64,000 bases of DNA, taken from assembly GCA_026706845.1 (NCBI GenBank), contig JAPOXY010000278.1, positions 4,131 through 68,130 of the forward strand, written 5' to 3'. The notes under the pieces are model-generated. The model was given only the letters and a program-made list of their open reading frames with translations. It searched no databases and was not told where the DNA came from. How positions within the stretch are numbered: position 1 is the first letter of the stretch; each line of letters starts with the position of its first letter. Origin of the DNA: Gemmatimonadota bacterium. Lineage in GTDB: Bacteria > Latescibacterota > UBA2968. Position numbers and translations under genes: made by a program. Positions 8,811 through 18,277 of the stretch are shown piece by piece.

Positions 8811-11051
8811 ATGGTACTTCCATTAGAACCGCTATCAAAGCGACAATTGCCGGGCATCACGCCAAAGGCACATCTGATGGACCGCGTTGGGCGGTGGATA
8901 ATCACTGCTGGCGGCATCGGGGTGATCCTGTCGGTGCTGGGCATTTTTCTTTTTGTGTTGATGGAGTCCTATCCCCTGTTTTTGAAGCCGAGCGCGTCCA
9001 GGGCACATACCTTTGATTTTTCGCACCGTCAGCCCGTCCTGTGTACGGGGGTTGATCCCTATCAGGCGGTGATGTTTGTCGTGCATGAAGCGGGGATTGA
9101 TTTTGTGGATATGACCACAAAGTCGGTGACAGAGTCTGTGTCTATTCCCGAACTACAGGGACGGCGTATTCGGTCGGCTTATCGCGCTCTGGATAATACG
9201 CATGTTGGTCTGGGTCTGGACGACGGTACAATGCTGGGTTGCCGCGTGAATTTTGCCGTGGATTACGATGCGGAGGGAAAGCAGATTGTGACGCCGTCTT
9301 TTTCTGTTGAGTCGTCGATGGATCTGACTAATGAGGCTCTTGTGCATCTCGTATTTCGGCACGATGGAAAATATCGAGGTACAGTAATTGGCATTGCGGA
9401 TTCCGGGCAACTCGTTTTGGGGATTTCCGAAAAACAGCGGGGTCTTTTGGGCGGTGGCAAAACCACGATTCGCACATACGATTTGACCGATGAGATTAAA
9501 GGGCGCGCCAGAGTGGGTGCTGTGGCAAAATCGGGACGCTATGTTCTGGTGGGCACAGACCGCGGTGAAGTATTTCGATGGGAAATTGGACGGGCGAGTT
9601 CCAATCCCAGGCTGTTGGATTATTTCCGGGTTTCCGATCAGGAGGTGTCTGCGCTGGATTTTGTGCTGGGTGATGTGTCGCTCGTCGTGGGCGATGTGGG
9701 TGGTCGCGTGTCTGTCTGGATGCCCGTCAGAACGAGCGAGGACGACAATAAAAGGGTGTTCAAAAAGATCCACACTTTGCAGTCTCATCCGATGGCGGTG
9801 ACTGCACTGGCGTCGTCTGCTCGCGACAAACAATTTTTATCGGGCGATGTATCGGGGATGGTTGCGTTGCATCACATGACATCGGAACAAACATTTTTCC
9901 AATTGCCCGGTGATGATTCCATTCAATCCCTGTCTTTTGCGCCAAAAGCAAATGGCTTTTTGACTGTGAGTAAGTCTGGGCAGGTGACGGATTTTGGTCT
10001 TCAAAATCCACATCCCGAAGTGACGTTACAAACGCTTTTTGGCAAAGTGTGGTACGAGGGATATACGGAGCCTCAATACGTGTGGCAATCCACGGGTGGA
10101 TCGGATGATTTTGAACCCAAGTTGAGTATTGTACCTTTGATATTTGGCACCTTTAAGGGTACGCTTTACGCGATGTTATTCGCGCTGCCTCTATCTGTTC
10201 TGGCAGCGATTTATACATCGGAATTTGCCTCTCCCGGTGTGCGTAGTGTGGTCAAACCCGTAGTGGAATTGATGGCTTCGCTTCCCAGTGTGATTTTGGG
10301 CTTTTTAGCTGGTTTGTGGTTGGCTCCGCTGCTGGAGACGAGGATCGTCGGTGCATTGCTGTTGTTGCCCTGTGTGCCTATTGTCGTGGTGATATGCGCC
10401 TGGGGCTGGGGGCAGGTGTCCGAAGATCTTGTACGTAGAGTACCCGATCACTGGATTCTAACTTTACTGGCGGGCATCGCGTTGTTCGCGCTCTATCTGT
10501 CGTTCGCGCTCGGTCCAGTGGCTGAATCGCTTTTGTTCGGCGGCAATTTTCAAGGCTGGCTGCTCGGTACAACGGGTACGCGCTACGATCAGCGCAATTG
10601 TCTGGTGGTGGGCTTTGCGATGGGGTTTGCCGTAGTGCCCATTATTTACACGATCTGCGAAGATGCCCTGTCGAGTGTGCCGCAGCATCTGCGCGCCGGG
10701 TCACTCGCGCTTGGCGCAACGCCCTGGCAGACGGCTATCCGCGTGGTGTTGCCCACGGCGAGCCCGGGCATTTTTTCCGCGACTATGATTGGATTTGGCC
10801 GCGCTGTGGGCGAGACGATGATTGTGCTGATGGCTACGGGTAATACGCCGATTCTGGATTGGACCATTTTTAATGGCATGCGCACGATGTCGGCCAATAT
10901 CGCCGTGGAGATTCCCGAAGCGCCCCATGAAGGTACGCTTTATCGCGTGTTGTTTTTGACAGGGGTTTTGCTGGCGGCGATTACTTTTTTGGTGAATACA
11001 CTGGCAGAAGTGGTGCGGCAGCGTTTGCGCGAGAAGTATAGCAGGATTTGA
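8811..11051 (+). CDS. pstC: Phosphate ABC transporter permease PstC, long form with a ~380-aa N-terminal periplasmic domain
   Basis: C-terminal ~300 aa is a typical PstC permease. The N-terminal extension after TM1 is as in long-form PstC (for example Pseudomonas). Confidence 0.85.
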   Translation: MVLPLEPLSKRQLPGITPKAHLMDRVGRWIITAGGIGVILSVLGIFLFVLMESYPLFLKPSASRAHTFDFSHRQPVLCTGVDPYQAVMFVVHEAGIDFVDMTTKSVTESVSIPELQGRRIRSAYRALDNTHVGLGLDDGTMLGCRVNFAVDYDAEGKQIVTPSFSVESSMDLTNEALVHLVFRHDGKYRGTVIGIADSGQLVLGISEKQRGLLGGGKTTIRTYDLTDEIKGRARVGAVAKSGRYVLVGTDRGEVFRWEIGRASSNPRLLDYFRVSDQEVSALDFVLGDVSLVVGDVGGRVSVWMPVRTSEDDNKRVFKKIHTLQSHPMAVTALASSARDKQFLSGDVSGMVALHHMTSEQTFFQLPGDDSIQSLSFAPKANGFLTVSKSGQVTDFGLQNPHPEVTLQTLFGKVWYEGYTEPQYVWQSTGGSDDFEPKLSIVPLIFGTFKGTLYAMLFALPLSVLAAIYTSEFASPGVRSVVKPVVELMASLPSVILGFLAGLWLAPLLETRIVGALLLLPCVPIVVVICAWGWGQVSEDLVRRVPDHWILTLLAGIALFALYLSFALGPVAESLLFGGNFQGWLLGTTGTRYDQRNCLVVGFAMGFAVVPIIYTICEDALSSVPQHLRAGSLALGATPWQTAIRVVLPTASPGIFSATMIGFGRAVGETMIVLMATGNTPILDWTIFNGMRTMSANIAVEIPEAPHEGTLYRVLFLTGVLLAAITFLVNTLAEVVRQRLREKYSRI

Positions 11052-11055
11052 TGTT

Positions 11056-12669
11056 TTGGAGATGGATGTGAAAAATTTTTGGAAAACAGGTGTGCCATTT
11101 ATCTGGTTGACCGGCAGCGCGCTGGCACTTTGTTTGCTCATGATTACAGGGCTGATCGCGCTGGTTATGTACAATGGCACTGGATTTTTTTGGCCCTCGG
11201 ATATCGAAGCAGTGATACTCAAAGATGGTCGGAGGGCGATGGGGCAGCGGTGGGACAAACAGGAAATTCCCGTGTCGCACCGAACGGGGTCCGGGCAATT
11301 TCGCATTCAGCTCAAAGTGGGCAATCGCGATGTGTATGGCAGCGATTTTCAATGGATAGATGAATCGGATATTCAATCGACGGATTATCCCGTAGATGCG
11401 GTGGTTTTTGAACGGCGCGAGTGGGGCAATTTTTACGGGTTTATCGAAGCGCTGTACGAAGGTGAAACCCAGATGACGAATACATGGGATGTGCTGCAAG
11501 CACAATTGGATAATACCCGGGAACGACACGAACAGATTCGGCGAATTGAAAAAGATGCGATTGGCGACTTAAATCGGCAAATTGAAAGCCTGCGACTAAA
11601 AAAACGCGAGATAGAATTGGGTGGTGGAAATGCCGATGAAGTGGATGCGATTGATCGAGAGAGCAGAACCTATTGGGAAGCTTATGAACAATTGGCTGAC
11701 CAACTGGCGCAATTGCGTGCAGCCAACGAGATCTACCGCATAGATGTGCGGTTAATTGGCGGCGAGGTGCGGCAGATTGCCACGGCCGATATCGTGCGTG
11801 CTTATCGTCCCAACCGACTGGGGATTTTGGGAAAAATGAGCGTTTATTTTGAACGCGTTGGGGAATTTTTATTTGCTGAACCCCGTGAGTCCAATACAGA
11901 AGGCGGGGTATTTCCCGCGATCTTTGGCACTGTTATGATGGTTTTTTTGATGAGTTTGGCGGCTGTGCCATTTGGTATCTTGGCCGCGCTCTATTTGCGC
12001 GAATACGCCAGGCAAGGTATTTTAGTTAGAGTGATTCGCATTGCGGTTAATAATCTGGCGGGTGTACCTTCTATTGTTTTTGGGATGTTTGGACTGGGAT
12101 TTTTTGTTTATGGCATTGGCGGAAGTATCGATCAACTCTTTTTTCCCGAGGCGTTGCCCACGCCTACATTTGGTACTGGCGGCATTTTGTGGGCGTCGTT
12201 GACCCTGGCATTGCTGACAGTGCCGGTGATGATCGTTTCAGCCGAAGAAGCGCTTTCTGCCGTGCCGAGTGATGTGCGTGCCGGGTCGCTGGCTCTGGGG
12301 GCGACCAAATTGCAGACTATTTTGCGCGTGGTTTTGCCCGGCGCGTTGCCGGGTATTCTCACGGGCATTATTCTCGTGATTGCACGCGGTGCTGGCGAGG
12401 TGGCTCCGCTGATGATTACTGGCGTTGTGAAATTGGCTCCTGCATTGCCCGTGGATGGTGTCTGGCCCTTTTTTCACCTGGAACGCAAGTTTATGCATCT
12501 GGGGTTTCACATTTACGATGTGGGTTTCCAGTCGCCCAATGTCGAGGCGGCTCGTCCCATGGTATATACGACGACTTTATTGCTGATGGGAATTGTACTG
12601 GCTCTGAATCTGGTGGCGATTCTGGTTCGCAATCGGCTTCGCAAGCGCGTTGGTGGTGCGACGTTCTAA
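11056..12669 (+). CDS. pstA: Phosphate ABC transporter permease PstA, long form with a ~250-aa periplasmic/coiled-coil insertion after TM1
   Basis: PstA permease core (…GSLALGATKLQTILRVVLPGALPGILTGIILVIARGAGEVAPLM…). The insertion contains a coiled-coil-like segment. Confidence 0.85.
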   Translation: MEMDVKNFWKTGVPFIWLTGSALALCLLMITGLIALVMYNGTGFFWPSDIEAVILKDGRRAMGQRWDKQEIPVSHRTGSGQFRIQLKVGNRDVYGSDFQWIDESDIQSTDYPVDAVVFERREWGNFYGFIEALYEGETQMTNTWDVLQAQLDNTRERHEQIRRIEKDAIGDLNRQIESLRLKKREIELGGGNADEVDAIDRESRTYWEAYEQLADQLAQLRAANEIYRIDVRLIGGEVRQIATADIVRAYRPNRLGILGKMSVYFERVGEFLFAEPRESNTEGGVFPAIFGTVMMVFLMSLAAVPFGILAALYLREYARQGILVRVIRIAVNNLAGVPSIVFGMFGLGFFVYGIGGSIDQLFFPEALPTPTFGTGGILWASLTLALLTVPVMIVSAEEALSAVPSDVRAGSLALGATKLQTILRVVLPGALPGILTGIILVIARGAGEVAPLMITGVVKLAPALPVDGVWPFFHLERKFMHLGFHIYDVGFQSPNVEAARPMVYTTTLLLMGIVLALNLVAILVRNRLRKRVGGATF

Positions 12670-12692
12670 ATAGGTGAGAGAAAGGAATCACG

Positions 12693-13502
12693 ATGGCTGA
12701 AGCAGAACTTGCAAATACACGGTCCGAAGCAATTGTTCCAGATATTCAGAATCCCATTGTCACCATATCGAATCTGAGCCTGTATTACGGCGAGACGCAG
12801 GCCCTTTTTGACATTGACATGCAGATTCCCGAGTATCAGGTAACGGCTTTGATCGGTCCTTCGGGATGCGGGAAGTCAACGCTGTTGCGGTGCATGAACA
12901 GGCTGAACGATTTGATCGATTCGGTGCGTACCGAGGGTGCGGTTGAAATTGACGATGACGACATTTACGGTCCCGGATACGATGTGATTTCGCTGCGCCG
13001 CCAGGTCGGGATGGTGTTTCAAAAGTCCAATCCCTTTCCCAAGTCGATCTATGAGAATCTCGTTTACGGTTTGAGAATTGCAGGTGAAAATCGGCGGGCA
13101 GTACTCGATGAGGTGGTGGAACGCAGTTTGCAGGCTGCCGCGCTTTGGGATGAAGTAAAAGACCGGCTCGATGACAGTGCTCTGGGTCTTTCAGGAGGAC
13201 AACAGCAGAGGTTGTGCATTGCGCGTGCAATTGCTGTTGAGCCTGCGGTAATCTTGATGGATGAACCCTGTTCGGCACTGGATCCTATTGCGACGGGGCG
13301 TATTGAAGAGACAATTGAAGAGCTCAAAAAGCAATATACGATTGTGATTGTAACACACAATATGCAGCAGGCATCGCGCATTTCGGACTATACGGCGTTT
13401 TTCTATTTGGGACGTTTGATTGAGATGGCCGAAACGAGCGAGATGTTTACCAATCCGCAACTCAAACAAACCGAAGATTATGTGACGGGGCGGTTTGGCT
13501 AA
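12693..13502 (+). CDS. pstB: Phosphate ABC transporter ATP-binding protein PstB
   Basis: Walker [13 protein letters not shown] signature [14 protein letters not shown] and Walker B ILMDEP. PstB-specific length (269 aa). Confidence 0.95.
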   Translation: MAEAELANTRSEAIVPDIQNPIVTISNLSLYYGETQALFDIDMQIPEYQVTALIGPSGCGKSTLLRCMNRLNDLIDSVRTEGAVEIDDDDIYGPGYDVISLRRQVGMVFQKSNPFPKSIYENLVYGLRIAGENRRAVLDEVVERSLQAAALWDEVKDRLDDSALGLSGGQQQRLCIARAIAVEPAVILMDEPCSALDPIATGRIEETIEELKKQYTIVIVTHNMQQASRISDYTAFFYLGRLIEMAETSEMFTNPQLKQTEDYVTGRFG

Positions 13503-13513
13503 GCAGAGGAGTA

Positions 13514-14197
13514 ATGATTATGGAGCGTAATCTTGACCAGCATCTCGACCATCTCAAAGGTGAGCTGTTAAAGATGGGCAGTGCGGTGGAAGAGTCTATT
13601 GAACAGGCAGTACAATCGCTTGTAGAACGCGATAACCACCTCGTCGATGTGGTTGAGGAGGGAGGTCATCACATCGATACCTGGGAAGTAGCGATAGAAG
13701 AAGAGTGTTTGAAGTTGCTGGCTGTGCAGCAACCTGTGGCTGGCGATTTGCGCCTGGTGGCGGGTATTATGAAGATCAATTACGATCTCGAGCGCATCAA
13801 TGATCAGGCGGTGAATATCGCGCAGCGCGCCCGCTTGCTCAATCAGATGCCGCAATTGAAACCGCTGATCGATATTCCGCGGATGGCCGAGTTGGCACGG
13901 GGCATGGTCAAGGATGCACTGGATGCTTTTGTCAATCGCGATGTGGAATTGGCCAATAAGGTGCGCAGAACTGACGATATTCTGGATGCCTTGCGCGATC
14001 AAATTTTCCGCGAGTTGTTGACGTACTTAAACACGGGCATGCCCTCGACTGTGGATCAGGGAATTTTACTCATTCTCGTGTCCCGGCATTTGGAGCGCAT
14101 AGGCGATCATTCATCCAATATTGCCGAAAATGCCGTCTATCTCGTTCAGGGACGCATTGTGAGACATAAGAAGGAGGAATTACGGGAAGAAGAGTAA
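13514..14197 (+). CDS. phoU: Phosphate-transport system regulatory protein PhoU
   Basis: 227 aa with duplicated PhoU helical repeats. Last gene of the pst operon. Confidence 0.9.
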   Translation: MIMERNLDQHLDHLKGELLKMGSAVEESIEQAVQSLVERDNHLVDVVEEGGHHIDTWEVAIEEECLKLLAVQQPVAGDLRLVAGIMKINYDLERINDQAVNIAQRARLLNQMPQLKPLIDIPRMAELARGMVKDALDAFVNRDVELANKVRRTDDILDALRDQIFRELLTYLNTGMPSTVDQGILLILVSRHLERIGDHSSNIAENAVYLVQGRIVRHKKEELREEE

Positions 14198-14288
14198 TCC
14201 CTCTTTGTGGCGAACACTGTCGTGTAAACGACACGCGATTGTAACACGGCAATGATATTATACTCAAAGCACGACGTATTCTCCCTCT

Positions 14289-14351
14289 TGGGAACCGGCC
14301 CGTGACTCGGTTCCCATTTTTTTTGCCCCGAATTTGAATTCGGGGCTTTTT
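14289..14351 (+). terminator. Tandem rho-independent terminators after phoU
   Basis: Hairpin gggaaccg…cggttccc + T8 (14289-14324), then hairpin gccccgaatt…aattcggggc + T5 (14325-14351). Confidence 0.75.
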
Positions 14352-14440
14352 CGTTGACCCAAAATTGGTACCTGTGTATTTTACTGTTTGAAGATACTAC
14401 TATATTATATTAATATTAAAGAATAAGGTGGTTAGTCTCT

Positions 14441-14980
14441 TTGCCCAATTGCATAAAATCCGAAGCCCGATTTTGCGAGCGCTGTGGGACTTTGCTGGTT
14501 GTAAAAGCAGTTGAAGATCGGGAGAGGCCTTGTTGTCCGTCGTGTGGATTTGTGGCCTATCTTGACCCCAAGGTAGCAGCCGGGGTTATTGTAACCCTCG
14601 ATGGTGGCGTTGTCCTGCTCAAGCGCAATATTGATCCCGGGTTTGGCAAGTGGGTGTTCCCCGGCGGATATGTGGATGCAGGCGAGCCAACCGATGTCGC
14701 GGCTGTGCGCGAAACCCGCGAGGAAGTGGGGTTAGAGGTTGAGATCGGCGAGTTGCTCGGCGTGTTGTCTTATGAAGGGGAACGGGTGGTGCTGATTGTT
14801 TATACTGGACGGGTTGTGGGCGGAAAGTTGGAAGGCAATTTTGAATCGCAAGCTGTGGCTACATTTGCCCCTCGGGATATTCCCTGGAATGATCTGGCTT
14901 TTGACACGACCAGAGAGGCATTGCAAATTTGGGTGGCGCAGTATGGCGAAATGTATGAAAAAGAAAGGTTATTATGCTGA
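14441..14980 (+). CDS. NUDIX hydrolase with an N-terminal Cys4 zinc ribbon (NADH-pyrophosphatase-like architecture)
   Basis: CERCG…CCPSCG zinc ribbon. Nudix box GGYVDAGEPTDVAAVRETREEVGLEV. Overlaps the next gene by 7 nt. Confidence 0.85.
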   Translation: MPNCIKSEARFCERCGTLLVVKAVEDRERPCCPSCGFVAYLDPKVAAGVIVTLDGGVVLLKRNIDPGFGKWVFPGGYVDAGEPTDVAAVRETREEVGLEVEIGELLGVLSYEGERVVLIVYTGRVVGGKLEGNFESQAVATFAPRDIPWNDLAFDTTREALQIWVAQYGEMYEKERLLC

Positions 14981-15885
14981 ATTCTATTGAAGATGTTGAA
15001 GAGCGGTTTGCCGAGCAGGGGTATATCACGGACCGCACATTGGCAACGACGATTTTTTTGGCGCAGTCGCTTGGCAAACCAATTTTTCTGGAGGGGGAAC
15101 CAGGCGTTGGAAAGACGGAAGTAGCCAAAGTTATGGCCGGTATTTTTGATACCGAGTTGATTCGATTGCAGTGCTATGAAGGCATTGATGCCAATACGGC
15201 ATTGTACGAATGGAATTATCCGCGCCAGATGCTGGAGTTGAGGCTTGAAGAAGCGCGAGGAATCGACAAGGCCGAAATTGGTCAAAATATTTTCCGCGAA
15301 GATTTTTTGCTCAAGCGCCCCCTTTTGTCGGCTCTTGAGGGTAGCGCAAAAAAGCAGCAGGTGTTGTTGATTGACGAGGTGGATCGGTCGGATGAAGAGT
15401 TTGAAGCGTTTTTGCTCGAAGTTTTGTCGGATTTTCAGATTACAATTCCCGAGATTGGGGCGATAAGAGCGATGCAGGTGCCGTTTGTCGTGCTTACGTC
15501 CAACCGCACGCGCGAGTTGCACGACGCGCTGAAGCGCCGGTGTTTGTATTTGTGGATTGACTATCCCACGTTTAGCAAAGAAATGGATATTGTGCGGTCG
15601 CGTGTGTCGGGTGTGCAGGACGAATTGGCACAACAGGTTTGCGGGTTTATGCAATTGTTGCGCAATCGCGATTTTTACAAAAAACCCGGTGTTGCTGAAA
15701 CGATTGATTGGGCACTGGCCCTGATGGCTATGCAAGTTGAAGAATTGGACCCGCAGACAGTGGATGCGACATTGGGATGTGTTTTGAAGTATAAAGAAGA
15801 TATCGAAAAAATTCAGGAAGATGGCCTGCCACAACTGATTGAGAAGGCCCGGTTGTTAAAAGAGCGCACACAAGTTGCCGTTTAG
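14974..15885 (+). CDS. MoxR-family AAA+ ATPase (CoxD/CbbQ-like)
   Basis: Walker A LEGEPGVGKTEVAK, Walker B/sensor LLIDEVDRSDEEF. ~300-aa MoxR size. Confidence 0.85.
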   Translation: MLNSIEDVEERFAEQGYITDRTLATTIFLAQSLGKPIFLEGEPGVGKTEVAKVMAGIFDTELIRLQCYEGIDANTALYEWNYPRQMLELRLEEARGIDKAEIGQNIFREDFLLKRPLLSALEGSAKKQQVLLIDEVDRSDEEFEAFLLEVLSDFQITIPEIGAIRAMQVPFVVLTSNRTRELHDALKRRCLYLWIDYPTFSKEMDIVRSRVSGVQDELAQQVCGFMQLLRNRDFYKKPGVAETIDWALALMAMQVEELDPQTVDATLGCVLKYKEDIEKIQEDGLPQLIEKARLLKERTQVAV

Positions 15886-15893
15886 GAGATCAC

Positions 15894-17030
15894 ATGCCAA
15901 GGACCATGCTGGGACGAGTCGTCGGTTTTTCAAGGGCTTTGCACAGTGCAGGTGTTGAAGTCAATGCGGGCAATCTCATTGATTTGTGCGATAGTTTTCA
16001 ATATATCAGCCTGCACAATCGGAGCGATTTTTACGCTGCTGCGCGTGCGACACTGGTGTCGCGCTACGACGATCTGGAGACTTTTGACGAGGTTTTCAGG
16101 GCTTTCTGGGCGCGGCCGATTTTGCCCGACGATATGACGCTGACCGATACGGATGCCGGCGGAGATCCCGACCTCGATGTTCAGGCAGATGTCAATGAGG
16201 TGGTGGATACTGCAGATTTGCAGGAAGAGGCCGAGGGGGAGGGCGAATCCGAGGAAGTCGGGTATAGTCCCGATGAGGCTTTGATGGGAAAAGATTTGGC
16301 CGCAATGTCCGATCGCGAAATTGAGCAGGCCCGAAAGGTGATCCACGAAATTGTGAATATCATTGCCAATCGCCGCAGTCGCAGGCGCGTACCCGAGAAT
16401 CGGGGGGCTGAACTGGATTTCAGGCGTACATGGCGACGCAATGCGTTATATGGTTCTGATGGTGTGGAATTGATGATGAAGCGGCGGCGCATCAAAAAGA
16501 CCAAGCTGATGTTGTTGTGTGATGTGAGCGGCTCTATGGATTGTTATAGCCGTTTTTTGATTCGCTTTATCTACGCGCTCAAGCGCGAAATCCGAGATGT
16601 GGAAGTCGGGGTGTTTTCCACGCGGATGACCGCGATTTCGCGTTTGCTGAAAACAAAAGGTATTGAAGAATCGCTCGTGGAAGTGGCTGATACAGTACAC
16701 GACTGGGCGGGTGGCACAGATATTGGCGGGTGTTTGCGCGAGTTTAACGACCAGTTTGCACGCGATATGTTGCACTCGCGCACTGTGATGATTATTGTGA
16801 GCGATGGTTGGGACCGGGGCGATCCCGATTTGATGCGGCAAGAGATGGCGCGATTGCGAAAGCGCGTGCATAAGTTGATGTGGCTCAACCCGCTTTTGGG
16901 TACGCCGGGATATCAGCCCCTGTGTTTGGGGATGAAGACAGCACTTCCATATCTGGATTATTTTTTGCCCGCACACAATCTGGAGAGTTTGATTCAACTT
17001 GCCCGCACACTGCGGTCTGTTTGGAAGTAG
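15894..17030 (+). CDS. VWA domain protein, CoxE-like partner of the MoxR ATPase
   Basis: C-terminal VWA with MIDAS (LLCDVSGSM…). N-terminal region resembles the CoxE family. Confidence 0.8.
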   Translation: MPRTMLGRVVGFSRALHSAGVEVNAGNLIDLCDSFQYISLHNRSDFYAAARATLVSRYDDLETFDEVFRAFWARPILPDDMTLTDTDAGGDPDLDVQADVNEVVDTADLQEEAEGEGESEEVGYSPDEALMGKDLAAMSDREIEQARKVIHEIVNIIANRRSRRRVPENRGAELDFRRTWRRNALYGSDGVELMMKRRRIKKTKLMLLCDVSGSMDCYSRFLIRFIYALKREIRDVEVGVFSTRMTAISRLLKTKGIEESLVEVADTVHDWAGGTDIGGCLREFNDQFARDMLHSRTVMIIVSDGWDRGDPDLMRQEMARLRKRVHKLMWLNPLLGTPGYQPLCLGMKTALPYLDYFLPAHNLESLIQLARTLRSVWK

Positions 17031-17039
17031 GGGGATGTT

Positions 17040-18131
17040 ATGGCTGGTCGTGATGTTTTTCAAGAGGCGTTGACCCTGATTTCTCAGGGGGAAAAGGCAG
17101 CCTTATCGACGATTGTGTCGAGCAAGGGGTCTTTGCCGATGAGTAAAAAGGCCAAGATGCTCGTGCGTCCCGATGGCGTGATTATAGGTACGGTGGGCGG
17201 TGGTTGTTTGGAAGCCGATGTATGGGCCGAAGCCCGTCATGTGATGGAAACCGAAGCACCGACGTTGCAGAAGTTTATTTTGACGGAAAAACACGCGGGT
17301 GAAAATGGCCTCAATTGCGGCGGCAATGTCGAGATTTTTACCGAGCCTCTGTTGCCCGGTCGTGCAGATGACATGCTCGACGAGATTGCTCGGGTTCGCA
17401 AAGTGCGCGGTTCGGCTGTGTTGGCAACGCTGGTTTCGGGCGGCGATCAGGTGGGCGCGAAGTTATTGGTGCATCCCGATGGCAGAACAGTGGGGCGTCT
17501 GGGCCATGCCCTTGCCGAAGCCTGTGTGCGCGAAGAGGTGGCGGCTTTTGAGGCGATTCCGGAGAGTTTGCTCAAGGTTATAAAAATCGGTTCAGAATCC
17601 GTTGTGGTCTTTTTGGAATCTATTTGCCCCGAGCCCACGCTGTTTTTGTTTGGCGGGGGGCACGTTTCTTTTGCCATTGCACAGATCGCGCATTCGGTCG
17701 GGTTTCGGATTGTGGTTATTGACGATCGGCCCATGTTTGCCAATAAAGAGCGGTTTCCCATGGCGAGTGAAACGCTGACGCTGGAGATGGAGACGGCTTT
17801 TGATCATATAGTTGTTGACGATTTGTCTTATGTGGTGGCGGTGACGCGGGGACACCAGCACGACAAGCCGGTTATTGAGCAGGCGATTAATACCCAGGCG
17901 GCGTATGTTGGCATGATTGGCAGCCGCCGGAAGATTGCGTTGATGTGGAAAGAGTTTGAGGCCAAAGGCATTCCGAGAGAAAAATTGGATGCGGTTCACG
18001 CGCCGATTGGATTGGATATCGGCGCAGATACGCCCGAAGAAATCGCCGTGAGTATTGTTTCTGAACTTATACAGGTGCGCCGATCACAGGGAAAGCCCAT
18101 TCATCAGGGTATGTCGCTGTCATCGGTGTGA
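17040..18131 (+). CDS. XdhC/CoxI-family molybdenum-cofactor insertion accessory protein
   Basis: N-terminal XdhC_CoxI domain (…AALSTIVSSKGSLPMSKKAKMLVRPDGVIIGTVGGGCLEADV…) plus a C-terminal Rossmann-like XdhC_C domain. Confidence 0.8.
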   Translation: MAGRDVFQEALTLISQGEKAALSTIVSSKGSLPMSKKAKMLVRPDGVIIGTVGGGCLEADVWAEARHVMETEAPTLQKFILTEKHAGENGLNCGGNVEIFTEPLLPGRADDMLDEIARVRKVRGSAVLATLVSGGDQVGAKLLVHPDGRTVGRLGHALAEACVREEVAAFEAIPESLLKVIKIGSESVVVFLESICPEPTLFLFGGGHVSFAIAQIAHSVGFRIVVIDDRPMFANKERFPMASETLTLEMETAFDHIVVDDLSYVVAVTRGHQHDKPVIEQAINTQAAYVGMIGSRRKIALMWKEFEAKGIPREKLDAVHAPIGLDIGADTPEEIAVSIVSELIQVRRSQGKPIHQGMSLSSV

Positions 18132-18277
18132 GAGATCAAATGGTTTATTGTCGGGGGAGAACAAGGAGGTGATGTAGCAGCGATATAGCTGAGAACGGTT
18201 TACGTGAGGGGAAGTGACAGAGGCGCAAAGGCGCCTTTAAGTCTGGTTTTCGAAATTTTTTCAGAAGGGAGTTAACC

